64,000 nt of DNA. It comes from Pyrinomonadaceae bacterium (GTDB lineage: Bacteria; Acidobacteriota; Blastocatellia; Pyrinomonadales; Pyrinomonadaceae). Under the pieces are notes generated by a model. The model saw only the letters and a list, made by a program, of their open reading frames with translations. It was not told where the DNA came from and ran no database searches. Shown here piece by piece: positions 27,574-36,906 of this stretch (positions are counted from its first letter, which is position 1; every line of letters starts with the position of its first letter). The stretch lies in contig JBKBYA010000002.1 of assembly GCA_046313635.1 (NCBI GenBank), positions 256,001-320,000 on the forward strand, given 5' to 3'. The position numbers and the translations under genes are program-made.

Positions 27574-28974
27574 TTACTTACGCTTCCAACGCACGCCGTC
27601 CTTCGTGTCTTCGAGGATGATGCCTTTTGCGGCCAGGAGGTCGCGGATCTCGTCGGAGCGGGCAAAGTTGCGCTCGCGGCGTGCCTTTTGGCGTTCCTCG
27701 ACGAGGGCCTCGATCTCGCTGTCGAGCGTCTCGGCCTCCTCGTCGCCAAAGATCCCTAGCACGGCGTCGAATTTCTCGATCGCGTCCAGCACCGAGGCCC
27801 GTTCGTCCGCGCACAACCGCCCGGCCGCGAGTGCCGTGTTGATCTCGCGAACGAGATTATGAACCGCGGCGAGCGCGGCCGAGGTGTTCAGGTCGTCGTC
27901 CATCGCCGCTTCAAATTCCGACAAGGCGCGGTCGACGGTCTCTGCGACGACCGGATCAGAGCCGCTGCCGGCCCGAGCGTCCCTGACGAGCCGGCGAAAG
28001 TTGCGCAGCCGCTCGACCGTGCTCTCGGCTCCCTGCAGGCCCTCGAACGTGAAATTCAACTGTTTGCGATACGGCACCGACAGCAGCAGATAGCGGATCG
28101 CGAGCGGCGAGTAGCCCTGCTCGCGCAGGTCGCGAAAGGTGAAAAAGTTTCCTTTCGACTTTGACATCGTGACGTCGTCGATCTTGAGAAATTCGCTGTG
28201 GATCCAGTACCGCGCAAACTGCTTGCCGGTCGCTCCTTCGCTCTGCGCGATCTCGTTCTCATGATGCGGGAACTGCAGGTCCATTCCGCCGGCGTGCAGG
28301 TCAAAGGTCTCGCCGAGATACTTCATCGACATCGCCGAACACTCGATGTGCCAGCCCGGGCGCCCGCGTCCGAATGGCGCGTCCCAGCCCGGCTCCTCGC
28401 CCTCGGGGACGAGCTTCCAGAGCGCAAAGTCGCGAGCGTCCTCCTTGTCGTACTTGTCGGTATCGACGCGCTCGCTGCCGCCGGCGATGTTGCCCGAGAA
28501 GTTGATCTTGGACAGCTTGCCGTACTCGGGAAAGGCCGAGATGCGGTAGTAGATCGAGCCGTCGGACTCGTACGCCTTGCCGTTGGCGATAAGCTTCTCG
28601 ATGATGTCGATCATCTCGGCGAGGTGCTGCGTCGCACGCGGCGTGACCTCGGGCCGCTCGTTGCCGAGCGCGTCAAAGTCTTCCCAAAAATACTGAATGT
28701 ACGGGGCAGTGAACTCGTCGATGCTTATATTGCGCGCCGCCGCCTCCTTGATGATGCGGTCGTCGATATCCGTCAGGTTGAAGACATGCGTGACCTCGAG
28801 GCCCTTGAATTTGAGATATCGCCGCAGCACGTCGCCAAAGATGAACGTGCGAAAGTTGCCGATGTGCGCAAAGTTCCAGACCGTCGGGCCGCAGATGTAC
28901 ATCCTGACCTTGCCCGGCTCGATCGGACGAAACTCCTCGACCTGTCGCGATAGCGTATTAAAAAAACGAAGCAT
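27574..28974 (-). CDS. cysS: Cysteinyl-tRNA synthetase
   Basis: CGPTV, HIGN, GRPGWHIECSAM, FPHHENE, MSKS. Confidence 0.97.
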   Translation of the reverse strand: MLRFFNTLSRQVEEFRPIEPGKVRMYICGPTVWNFAHIGNFRTFIFGDVLRRYLKFKGLEVTHVFNLTDIDDRIIKEAAARNISIDEFTAPYIQYFWEDFDALGNERPEVTPRATQHLAEMIDIIEKLIANGKAYESDGSIYYRISAFPEYGKLSKINFSGNIAGGSERVDTDKYDKEDARDFALWKLVPEGEEPGWDAPFGRGRPGWHIECSAMSMKYLGETFDLHAGGMDLQFPHHENEIAQSEGATGKQFARYWIHSEFLKIDDVTMSKSKGNFFTFRDLREQGYSPLAIRYLLLSVPYRKQLNFTFEGLQGAESTVERLRNFRRLVRDARAGSGSDPVVAETVDRALSEFEAAMDDDLNTSAALAAVHNLVREINTALAAGRLCADERASVLDAIEKFDAVLGIFGDEEAETLDSEIEALVEERQKARRERNFARSDEIRDLLAAKGIILEDTKDGVRWKRK

Positions 28975-29001
28975 ATTTACCGTCGAATAATTAAATTCAA
29001 A

Positions 29002-29469
29002 TCATACCTGAATTCGGTCTCGTTCATCATTCGCGGCCGCTGCGGCCGATGGCTCGTCGACCAGGTCGGGCTCGACGTACCGGCTGCGGGCCTCGTCCGA
29101 AAACAGCAGCTCGCGCGAATAGGATCGGAGCGGGTAGTCCTTATCAAACTCCCGCAGCAGCTCGGCGGCGACCTCGGGCATCGACGACTCCTCGCGCCCC
29201 GCGATCCGCGCGGCGATGGTCCGCATCCAAAAGACGGTCAGCGTCTCGTGATACGGCATCTCTTTTGAAAGGTCGACGCCGAAGCCGCGGGTAAGCAGGT
29301 TGAAGATCCCGTCCCGCATTCTGTCGATCGCCTCCTCCAGGTCGTGATGCCGCAGGTAGTACATCCCGACGACGAGATGCTCGGCGTGCTTCCATTCGTC
29401 ACGCGTAATGGTCGCGTCCTCGAATGAACGCACCAGTCTCTCTATATCTTTTTCATCTTTGTATCTCAT
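29002..29469 (-). CDS. Hypothetical protein
   Basis: WKHAEHL, YHETLTVFW, YSRELLFSDEAR..YVEPDL; abuts upstream gene. Confidence 0.75.
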   Translation of the reverse strand: MRYKDEKDIERLVRSFEDATITRDEWKHAEHLVVGMYYLRHHDLEEAIDRMRDGIFNLLTRGFGVDLSKEMPYHETLTVFWMRTIAARIAGREESSMPEVAAELLREFDKDYPLRSYSRELLFSDEARSRYVEPDLVDEPSAAAAANDERDRIQV

Positions 29470-30026
29470 TAACCCTCCTGTGCGATCTCGGCCAGCGCAA
29501 ACCGCCGAATGATCAGTCTCGCCGCATCGTCGGGCGAAATATCCGACGTGTCGATCCGCAGCGTTTCATGCTCGAGGTCCGGGTGCGGCGACGTCAGTTC
29601 GAAGCGCTGCTTCGAGCGATCGACGACCGCCGCGGGGTCGGTCAGCTTTCGCAAGCGTAGGCGCGATTCCTCGACGATCCGCTCGCGTCTGACGTCATCG
29701 CGGCAGTCGAGCAGAACGGCGTGCACCGTCCCGCCGTTATCTGTCGCGGCGCTGACGAGCTCTCTGAAATACGCGTCGTCCGGCCCTCTGCCGTAGCAGA
29801 ACGTGTGGATCAGATCGATGCCCCGGCGCGCGGCCTCGGCGATGACCACGCATCTCAGCCTGACGTTGATCTGCCAAAACGCTTCGGTACCAAACTCAAA
29901 TACCGGCCGCGTGCAGTCGATCGTCAGGTGGTTATGAAAGACCTTGAATCCCGTCCGCTCGGCCACAGCGTTGGCGACGGTAAGTTTGCCGACGGCCGGC
30001 GGGCCGTGAATGACGATCAATTTCAT
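29469..30026 (-). CDS. P-loop nucleoside/nucleotide kinase-like protein
   Basis: HGPPAVGKLT Walker A, FHNHL; GGAGG SD. Confidence 0.8.
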   Translation of the reverse strand: MKLIVIHGPPAVGKLTVANAVAERTGFKVFHNHLTIDCTRPVFEFGTEAFWQINVRLRCVVIAEAARRGIDLIHTFCYGRGPDDAYFRELVSAATDNGGTVHAVLLDCRDDVRRERIVEESRLRLRKLTDPAAVVDRSKQRFELTSPHPDLEHETLRIDTSDISPDDAARLIIRRFALAEIAQEG

Positions 30027-30054
30027 ATGTCGTGACCTCCTTTCCGGTAAAAAT

Positions 30055-30085
30055 AAAAACGACCGCGGATCGCGTCCGCGGTCGT
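30055..30085 (-). terminator. Probable intrinsic terminator
   Basis: ACGACCGCGGA/TCCGCGGTCGT stem with A-run on plus strand, after HNH gene. Confidence 0.6.
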
Positions 30086-30122
30086 CTGAAATGTACGACG
30101 GGCACGAGCCCTTAGTTCAAGT

Positions 30123-30686
30123 TCATGCGGCGACGACCTCCAGCTCGTCTTGTTCCATCGGCTGGTCCATAAAGAGATACTTTCTCCATGCAGGACGCGA
30201 CTCGGCGTAGTGGCAGAGCAGCACATGGTCGAGACCGAGGCGAAGCAGCTTTTGCGAGGTCAGCAGCGGCATTCGCGCCTGCTCGGGCGTGCGGTTGCCT
30301 TTTCGCTGGTTGCACTTTACACACGCGGTCACCAGATTCTGCGGCATGCTTTCGCCGCCCTGGGCCCTCGGCAGAATGTGATCGAGCGTAAGGTCCTTGG
30401 CGTGACGATGTTCGCCGCAGTACTGGCAGCGATAGCGGTCGCGAATATAGATACGGGCCCGCTTCATCGTCGTCTCGCGATTCTTGCGTTTGACGTGAAT
30501 GTAATGCCGGAGCCTGACGACCGACGGCACGGGAAAAGTGGTTGACGGAGAATGGAGGACGTTGTCACCGTCGGTCTCTTCGATAAAGACCGCGCCGCGA
30601 AACCACAGGCACACGGCCCGCGCGACACCGACCGTCCCGAGCGGCTCATACGAAAAGTTCAGCAATAGTACTCTTCCCGTAAGCAA
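30123..30686 (-). CDS. HNH endonuclease (McrA-like)
   Basis: TTG start after AAGGAGG; RVLLLNFSYEPL, RDRYRCQYCG, TLDHILPRAQGG, NLVTACVKCNQRK. Confidence 0.9.
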   Translation of the reverse strand: MLTGRVLLLNFSYEPLGTVGVARAVCLWFRGAVFIEETDGDNVLHSPSTTFPVPSVVRLRHYIHVKRKNRETTMKRARIYIRDRYRCQYCGEHRHAKDLTLDHILPRAQGGESMPQNLVTACVKCNQRKGNRTPEQARMPLLTSQKLLRLGLDHVLLCHYAESRPAWRKYLFMDQPMEQDELEVVAA

Positions 30687-30927
30687 ACCGATATGTCCTC
30701 CTTTTGTTAGATGTAATGTACGGTAAAACCGCGATAAGTGGCAAGCACAATATATTGCTGCCAGATAATTTTGTCGGCCAATATATTGGCCGGCCTGCGG
30801 AGTCGATCGGGCGTTTTTTCGCCGCCGGACCGCACCTTCGCCGCGTCTGGACAACTTGGCCGCGGCTTCATTAAATTATTTCCTTGCAAACTCGCGTAAC
30901 AATGAAAATTTGAATATTGGAACGACT

Positions 30928-31287
30928 ATGAATTCACGAACCGTTCGCGACTTTAAGGTCCCAACCGATATTTGGAAATTTGTTGACGATTGGGCCCGGA
31001 CCGAGGGCTTTGAGCTCGCCGCCAACGGCGATCGCCGCCTTTACAAGAAAGAATTCGGCAAATTCTCGCCCTCGTCCTGGGTCGAGATCCGCGAAAGCGG
31101 AGGCGACGTCCACCTCGAGGCTTGGCTGCACAACCCGCCGGCCGCACGGGCGCTGACGCTATTTACGACGCCCGAGGAGCTGCCGGTAGATTCGAGCGGC
31201 CCGCAAAAGGCGCTTGTTGCCCGCAACATCTCGCGTGACCGCGTCAATCGTCTGCTCATCAAGCTTGGGCAGCCGTTGATCTCGTAA
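30928..31287 (+). CDS. Hypothetical protein
   Basis: 119-aa ORF filling the gap between divergent/convergent genes. Confidence 0.6.
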   Translation: MNSRTVRDFKVPTDIWKFVDDWARTEGFELAANGDRRLYKKEFGKFSPSSWVEIRESGGDVHLEAWLHNPPAARALTLFTTPEELPVDSSGPQKALVARNISRDRVNRLLIKLGQPLIS

Positions 31288-31311
31288 TTCGAGAGGCCGG
31301 CGCTCGTCGAG

Positions 31312-32268
31312 CTAGAAATGCCTGTAACCCTCGCTCCGCGGCTCGAACCGGCGGCCGTGGAGAGTGATCTCGATCACACCCGCGTCCGACGTGACGGTGC
31401 CGATCCGCGAAACGTCTTTCGGGGCGAGTCGTGCGATCTCGGCTTCGGAGGCTGTGAACAAAAGCTCAAAGTCCTCGCCGCCGCCGAGAGCAAGCTCGAT
31501 CGTCTCGCGCTCGTCGTGCCCGAGGGCATTGAGGCCTTCGTCGATCGGGAGCGATTCCGCCTTGAGCTCGGCCCCGACGCCGCTCGAAGCGCATAGGTGA
31601 GCGAGATCTGAATAAAGCCCGTCGCTGATGTCGATCATCGATGTCGCGGCCCGGGCATCTTGAAGAAGCAGGCCCAGCTCGACCCGCGGTGCCGGACGGA
31701 CCTGACGCTCGATCAGTGCCCGCTGCGGTGGATCGGCATTCTCGTAGAGACCGCCCGACTCCAGGATCTTTAGCCCGCCCGCCGCACCGCCAAGTTTGCC
31801 GCTGACAAAGATCGCGTCGCCCGGCCGCGCTCCCGAACGCCGCACCGCACGCCCCGCGGGAACGACCCCGGCTGCGACCGAATCGATCACCAATCTATCG
31901 GAGGTGCGAGAGACGTCGCCGCCTACGAGCTCGACGCCGAAGCGGGCCGCAAGCTCATGCCAGCCGGCGTAGAACCGGTCAAGAAAATCCGTAGCCCAGA
32001 TACGGTCGGGCACGCCGATGCTTGTCATCGCCCAGGTCGGTCTGCCGCCCATCGCGGCTACGTCCGAGAGCGAGACCGCGAGGGCCTTATGCCCGATCGC
32101 TTCGGGAGCGGCCCATTCGAGCCTGAAGTCCACGTCCTCGACAAGCATGTCCGCAGTGACGAGCAGGTCAACATCCGAACCCTGCCGGATGACGGCGCAG
32201 TCGTCTCCGACGGCGGTCAAACCGTGACGCCGGCTGATGGATCGGATGAACTCAAACTCGCCGCGCAT
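31312..32268 (-). CDS. thiL: Thiamine-monophosphate kinase
   Basis: GDDCA, DMLVEDVDF, SLSDVAAMGG, GGDVS, IDISDGL, GGEDFEL. Confidence 0.95.
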   Translation of the reverse strand: MRGEFEFIRSISRRHGLTAVGDDCAVIRQGSDVDLLVTADMLVEDVDFRLEWAAPEAIGHKALAVSLSDVAAMGGRPTWAMTSIGVPDRIWATDFLDRFYAGWHELAARFGVELVGGDVSRTSDRLVIDSVAAGVVPAGRAVRRSGARPGDAIFVSGKLGGAAGGLKILESGGLYENADPPQRALIERQVRPAPRVELGLLLQDARAATSMIDISDGLYSDLAHLCASSGVGAELKAESLPIDEGLNALGHDERETIELALGGGEDFELLFTASEAEIARLAPKDVSRIGTVTSDAGVIEITLHGRRFEPRSEGYRHF

Positions 32269-32281
32269 GATCAAGCATTTA

Positions 32282-32310
32282 TTGACACAAGTATTTTAAC
32301 TTCCTACAAT
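32282..32310 (+). promoter_or_regulatory. Sigma-70 promoter of MerR-family gene
   Basis: TTGACA-17 nt-TACAAT. Confidence 0.7.
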
Positions 32311-32361
32311 AACGCCGACAGAATTTACATCGGGCTTTAGGTTTGGTCCCCAACACGACTG

Positions 32362-32877
32362 ATGGCGCTCACTGCTACCGTGATCCCTGAAAAAATCTAC
32401 TTCAAGATCGGCGAAGTATGCGACATTGTCGGCGTGCAGCCGCACGTGCTGCGGTACTGGGAGACCGAATTCTCTATGTTGTCGCCGCAAAAGAACCGTT
32501 CGGGACAGCGTAGCTACCGCCGCCGCGATGTCGAGATCGCCCTGCGGATCAAGGAGCTCCTGTACGACGATATGTACACTATCGCCGGAGCCCGCAAGAA
32601 GCTGCAAGCCGAGACACGCGAGGCGACAAGACTCAAGATCGTTCCGCCGTCCGAAGCGGGCGAGACCACGGCGGCCTCCTCCGCCTCGACCGATGATTCG
32701 GCCGTTTCGCTGTTTGACGAAGAGGTTGGCGATATCGAACTGCCGCATGAGCCGGACGGTGACGATGGCCGAAGCCTGACGGCCGACCAGCGGCAGGCCG
32801 TTCGGCGGCTTGCAAACGACCTGCTCGAGCTTCGAAATATGCTCGCTCAGCGGCCGGGCGATCGCGACGAGAGATGA
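32362..32877 (+). CDS. MerR family transcriptional regulator
   Basis: [35 protein letters not shown]. Confidence 0.9.
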   Translation: MALTATVIPEKIYFKIGEVCDIVGVQPHVLRYWETEFSMLSPQKNRSGQRSYRRRDVEIALRIKELLYDDMYTIAGARKKLQAETREATRLKIVPPSEAGETTAASSASTDDSAVSLFDEEVGDIELPHEPDGDDGRSLTADQRQAVRRLANDLLELRNMLAQRPGDRDER

Positions 32878-32880
32878 CGT

Positions 32881-32909
32881 TTGACAAAGCCTGGACCGGA
32901 ATTTAGGCT
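32881..32909 (+). promoter_or_regulatory. Sigma-70 promoter of tRNA-Pro
   Basis: TTGACA-17 nt-TAGGCT, 10 nt before the tRNA. Confidence 0.65.
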
Positions 32910-32919
32910 TTTAGTTTTC

Positions 32920-32996
32920 CGGGACGTAGCGCAGTCCGGTAGCGCGTTCGCTTGGGGTGCGAGAGGTCGCTGGTTCAAATCCAGTCGTCCCGACCA
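32920..32996 (+). tRNA. tRNA-Pro (anticodon GGG)
   Basis: Acceptor CGGGACG/CGTCCCG-ACCA, anticodon loop TTGGGGT, T-loop GTTCAAATC. Confidence 0.97.
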
Positions 32997-33001
32997 ATAA
33001 C

Positions 33002-33040
33002 GACGGGGCTTTCACGAGTTTGTGAAAGCCTCGTCTTTTT
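33002..33040 (+). terminator. Intrinsic terminator after tRNA-Pro
   Basis: GACGGGGCTTTCAC/GTGAAAGCCTCGTC stem followed by TTTTT. Confidence 0.8.
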
Positions 33041-33152
33041 GTCGATGGCTGCAGTTTTCCGCTTTACTCATTTCTTCGAACAGGATTTCCGATCACTTAC
33101 CGCAGCTTTTCCGATAGTTGTGCGAGACGCGGGCATCGGCAGACTTTTACGG

Positions 33153-33608
33153 CTAATCCCCGGCGTTCTGAACCATGAGCCTGACCAGGTCGCGGCGTGC
33201 GATCATGCCGACCGGCCGGCCTCCGCGGACGACCGGCAGTCGATTGATGTCGTACTTCAAGAGCAGTTCGGCCGCCCTCTCGATCGGATCGGTCTCAGAA
33301 ACGACCTTGACCTGTTTCGACATGATCTCGCGGGCTTGCCGCTTTCGAGCGGCCTCGTAGATCTCATCCAACTGGTGTCCGGACAGCCACTGACCGAGAA
33401 CGTTTGCCGACCGGAACGTTGAGAAGGGAACTGATTTTTCCTTCGCTCCGAAATCCGATTCCGTGACGATCCCCGTGATCGATCCCGCGGAATCGACCAC
33501 CGGTACGCCGCCTATCTTGTTTTCGAGTAAAGTTCGCGCGACCTGCTCAAGCGTATCGTCTTCCGATACGACTATCGCAGGCTGCGACATTATGTCTTTG
33601 ACCTGCAT
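33153..33608 (-). CDS. CBS domain pair protein
   Basis: MQVKDIMS, GGVPVVD, GIVTESD, RLPVV; AGGAG SD. Confidence 0.9.
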   Translation of the reverse strand: MQVKDIMSQPAIVVSEDDTLEQVARTLLENKIGGVPVVDSAGSITGIVTESDFGAKEKSVPFSTFRSANVLGQWLSGHQLDEIYEAARKRQAREIMSKQVKVVSETDPIERAAELLLKYDINRLPVVRGGRPVGMIARRDLVRLMVQNAGD

Positions 33609-33629
33609 AACCAATCTCCTAATGCTCAC

Positions 33630-34621
33630 CTAACGTGACGCGAATAAGATCCAGGCCGCGATCAAATAGATCGTGACGATCCCGGCCGAATCCCACGCCA
33701 AAAACAAAAATTTCCTGTTCGTCCTGTAGGTCAGACCGATGACTGCGACCGCGGACATCATCATCGCCGCCAGTGCCGACACAAGATGAGAACCGGATAT
33801 GTTCATCAAAAGAGCTCCCTTCACATAGAGCAGATCGTCAACCGCCAGAATGCCGATATTAAATAGGTTGCTGCCGAAAAGATTGCCTAGCGCCAGGTCG
33901 ACCGCACCGATCCTCATTGCACCGATCGTGATCACGAGTTCCGGCAGCGACGTCGAGAGAGCGACGAAAAGACTGCCGACGAAGGTGTTTCCGAGGCCGG
34001 TTATTTTGGATATGCGGTCGCCGAGATGCGGGAGCCACGTGGCGGCCGCAATAATGAACACGGCATTTAGCGCGTATAAAAAATATACTCGCCGCCGTGA
34101 ATAGCCGGCAGACGACCCCTCGTCCTCCGATCGAGGCAGCTCGAGCTTGCGCCGTTTCTCGTACGAGAAGATCATCCGTATCGAAAAAAAGTAGACAACC
34201 ACGAAAACGATGCTCGTCATTCCCAACCATCCCAGCACGGGGAGTCTTGTCCCGGCAAAGATCGTGAGGGCGACCACGCCCAGAAGCAAGATTCCGAACG
34301 CAGCAGGCAGCACCAGCCCTTGATGCGCCCTTGACGAGATCGGAGCTGAACGCGGGCCCAGATCGAGCATGGCGATCACGAGGATGTTGAACATGCAGCT
34401 CCCCAATATATCGCCGACGGCGATCTCGGGAAGATCGAAGACGACGACCGAGCTGACGCCCGTGATAAGCTCCGGCAGCGAAGTGACCGATGCGACCAGG
34501 ATCACGCCGATCCACGTCCTCCCGAGACCTGTCATTTCAGCTATAATGTCGCCGAATTTCGACAGCCTGATCCCCGCGACAAAGATCACCAGCGTGCAAA
34601 CTATGAACTCAGCCAGACCAT
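33630..34621 (-). pseudogene. Sodium:calcium antiporter (CaCA) with apparent 1-nt frameshift near the start
   Basis: TSLPEL twice, GNLFGSN; SD-preceded ATG at 34621 is out of frame with the body (open from 34589). Confidence 0.65.
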
Positions 34622-34679
34622 GATCGGTTCACCTCATAAGCCTCGGCTTCGAACGCCTATTTCGGCGATCGGGAGATCC

Positions 34680-35810
34680 TTATAAATTCAGTTCTTTGCG
34701 AGTTGTCAGGTAATTGATGAGGTTGTCACGCGACAGAATGCCGAGCAGCCGCCCGTCTTTCACGACCGGGAGCTGATTGACGTTCTCGCGGCCGATGATC
34801 TCGAGCGCCTCGATCGCGGGCGTCTCCGGCCCGACGACGAAGAGGCTCTCCAGCGGCCGCATCGCATCCGACGCGGTCTTGAATGGCCAAAGTCGGCGTT
34901 CGACGGCGGCGATCTCATTTGGAGTGATCAGCCCGACCGGGCGGCCGTTCTCGGCAACCATAAAGCAACGCTGACCGCTTTTCAGGATGTGGTCCTCGAT
35001 CACCGACTGCAAGCTTGTGTTGGCGTCGAGTACCGCGCAATGGGTCAGCATAAGGTCGCCGGCCGTTACGTCTCGCAGGCTTTGACTGAATTCTACCTGG
35101 AGATATGAGGCCTTTGCCGCGCTGAGCAAGAACCAGCCGATGAACGCGAGCCACAAACCGCCGAAACCGCTCCCGCTAAAGAACAGATAGATCCCCAGAA
35201 ATATAAAGCCGAACGCAAGGCCCTGCCCGGCGCGCGCGGCCGCTCGGGTAGCTGTGTCGGCGCTGCCGCTGATGCCCCATATCACCGCTCGCAAGACTCG
35301 GCCGCCGTCCATCGGATACCCGGGGATCATATTAAAGATCGCCAGTGCAAAATTGACGTATGCCAGCCAGACCAGGACCGCAAGGGGCGGTGTCTGCGGC
35401 TCGGTCATCGGCGGCCAGCCCAGCAGCATCGCGGCGGCAAAACACGCGAGCCCGATAAAAGCGCTTGTCAACGGGCCGATGATGCCGAGCCAGAATTCGG
35501 TTTTCGGGCTTGCCGGCTCGTTCTCGATCTGAGCCACGCCGCCGAGCGCAAAGAGCGTAATTGCCTTGACCGGAAGATCACTTCGCTTGGCCACCGCGGC
35601 GTGAGATAGTTCGTGAACCACGATCGCCGAAAAGAACAAGATCGCCGTTAATATCGACATCGTCCAGATCGTCGTACCGCTCCATCCGGGATGGCTCTCC
35701 GAAAAATATTGCGAGAGCGAAAAAACGATGAGAAAGGCAATGATCAGCCAACTGTAATGGAGTCCGATCTCGATGCCGAAGATCTTGCCGAGTCTTATCT
35801 GAGCGTTCAT
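34680..35810 (-). CDS. Site-2 protease (M50) with CBS domains
   Basis: HELSH, FNMIPGYPMDGGR, C-terminal CBS pair. Confidence 0.92.
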   Translation of the reverse strand: MNAQIRLGKIFGIEIGLHYSWLIIAFLIVFSLSQYFSESHPGWSGTTIWTMSILTAILFFSAIVVHELSHAAVAKRSDLPVKAITLFALGGVAQIENEPASPKTEFWLGIIGPLTSAFIGLACFAAAMLLGWPPMTEPQTPPLAVLVWLAYVNFALAIFNMIPGYPMDGGRVLRAVIWGISGSADTATRAAARAGQGLAFGFIFLGIYLFFSGSGFGGLWLAFIGWFLLSAAKASYLQVEFSQSLRDVTAGDLMLTHCAVLDANTSLQSVIEDHILKSGQRCFMVAENGRPVGLITPNEIAAVERRLWPFKTASDAMRPLESLFVVGPETPAIEALEIIGRENVNQLPVVKDGRLLGILSRDNLINYLTTRKELNL

Positions 35811-36780
35811 TCTGAAAATCCTCTCTCTGGTGAGTAGTTTCTCGTCCGCAAGGTCAGCCAGCTATAGCCCTCCGCGATGCCCCATGTGGCCAAAACAGTC
35901 ACGGTCAAGACGAGAATGACCTGAGCATCGAGGGTCGTCAATCCGAGCATTTCGCGCAGCGGCGGTACATAGATCGTCAGGACCTGCAGCACGACCCCGA
36001 GACCGATGGCGAAGTGGAGCGCCGGATTCATACGCGGCATCACCGAGATATGCCGCGAAGGATATGCGAAAAAGAGCTGCACGAGCGACTCGAACAAAAA
36101 TACGGCCGTCCGGATGGCGGCCACGCCGTAGCCGTAAAGCGGCAGCACCATAAGCAGCACTCCGCCGGCCGCGGCCTTGATAACGCCGGTGAAGATTATG
36201 AAATAGAGCGAGGCCCGATCGAGCAAAGGCGATCTCGGGTCGCGCGGTCTCTGCCGCATCACTCCGTCGTTCTTGTCCAATCCCAACGCCAATGCCGGCG
36301 GTCCGTCCGCGATGATGTTGATCCAGAGAAGCTGCACGGCGGTGAAGGGAAGTAGAAGCCCGCCCCCGACGTCCTCCAGCCCCAGCAGAAACGATCCAGC
36401 CGAGCCGCCGACCACCAAGAGAACGAGCGCGAGATTGGTCGAGAATAGGAATCGGATGAACTTCTGGATGTTCTCGTAAATGCTGCGCACTTCTTCGATC
36501 GCCGCGACGATGGTCGCAAAGTTGTCGTCGAGCAGAACGAGGTCCGCGACTTCGCGCGAAACGTCGCTGCCGCGCTCACCCATCGCCACGCCGACATCGG
36601 AACGCTTCAGCGCGGGAGCATCGTTGACCCCGTCGCCCGTCACGGCCACGACCTCCTTGTTAGCCTGCAGCGCCTCGACCAGCTGAAGTTTGTGCTCCGG
36701 CGCGACGCGGGCAAAGACGTTGACGTTCCTGACGGCCTCTTTAAGCACGTCGTGCGGAAACTCTTCAATGTCGAAGGCTC
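35807..36780 (-). pseudogene. Cation-transporting P-type ATPase, C-terminal fragment only
   Basis: VFARVAPEHK, TGDGVNDAPAL, DDNFATIV, QLLWIN present; DKTGT, actuator and N-terminal TM regions missing. Confidence 0.85.
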
Positions 36781-36844
36781 CGACGCTCAGCGCTTGAACG
36801 ATGGGATGCGACGGGCCGGCGGGGCAGATACGGCGTGCGAGCAT

Positions 36845-36884
36845 AAAAAAAGACTCTCGGTCCGCTGAGGAGCAAGAGTCTTTT
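36845..36884. terminator. Terminator of DegP-like gene (possibly bidirectional)
   Basis: AAAAAAAGACTCT...AGAGTCTTTT. Confidence 0.65.
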
Positions 36885-36906
36885 GAGTTTGCTGCCAATG
36901 CCGTCG

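Noticed and set aside
30123..30686. HNH gene as a mobile element or defence system
   Set aside because: Ordinary stand-alone McrA-like HNH with no intron, terminal repeats or partner genes visible.
32269..32361. TPP riboswitch upstream of thiL
   Set aside because: The gap is short, occupied by the divergent promoter, and shows no recognisable TPP aptamer.
36780..36906. att site duplicating the tRNA-Pro 3' end
   Set aside because: I found no copy of the tRNA 3' sequence here.
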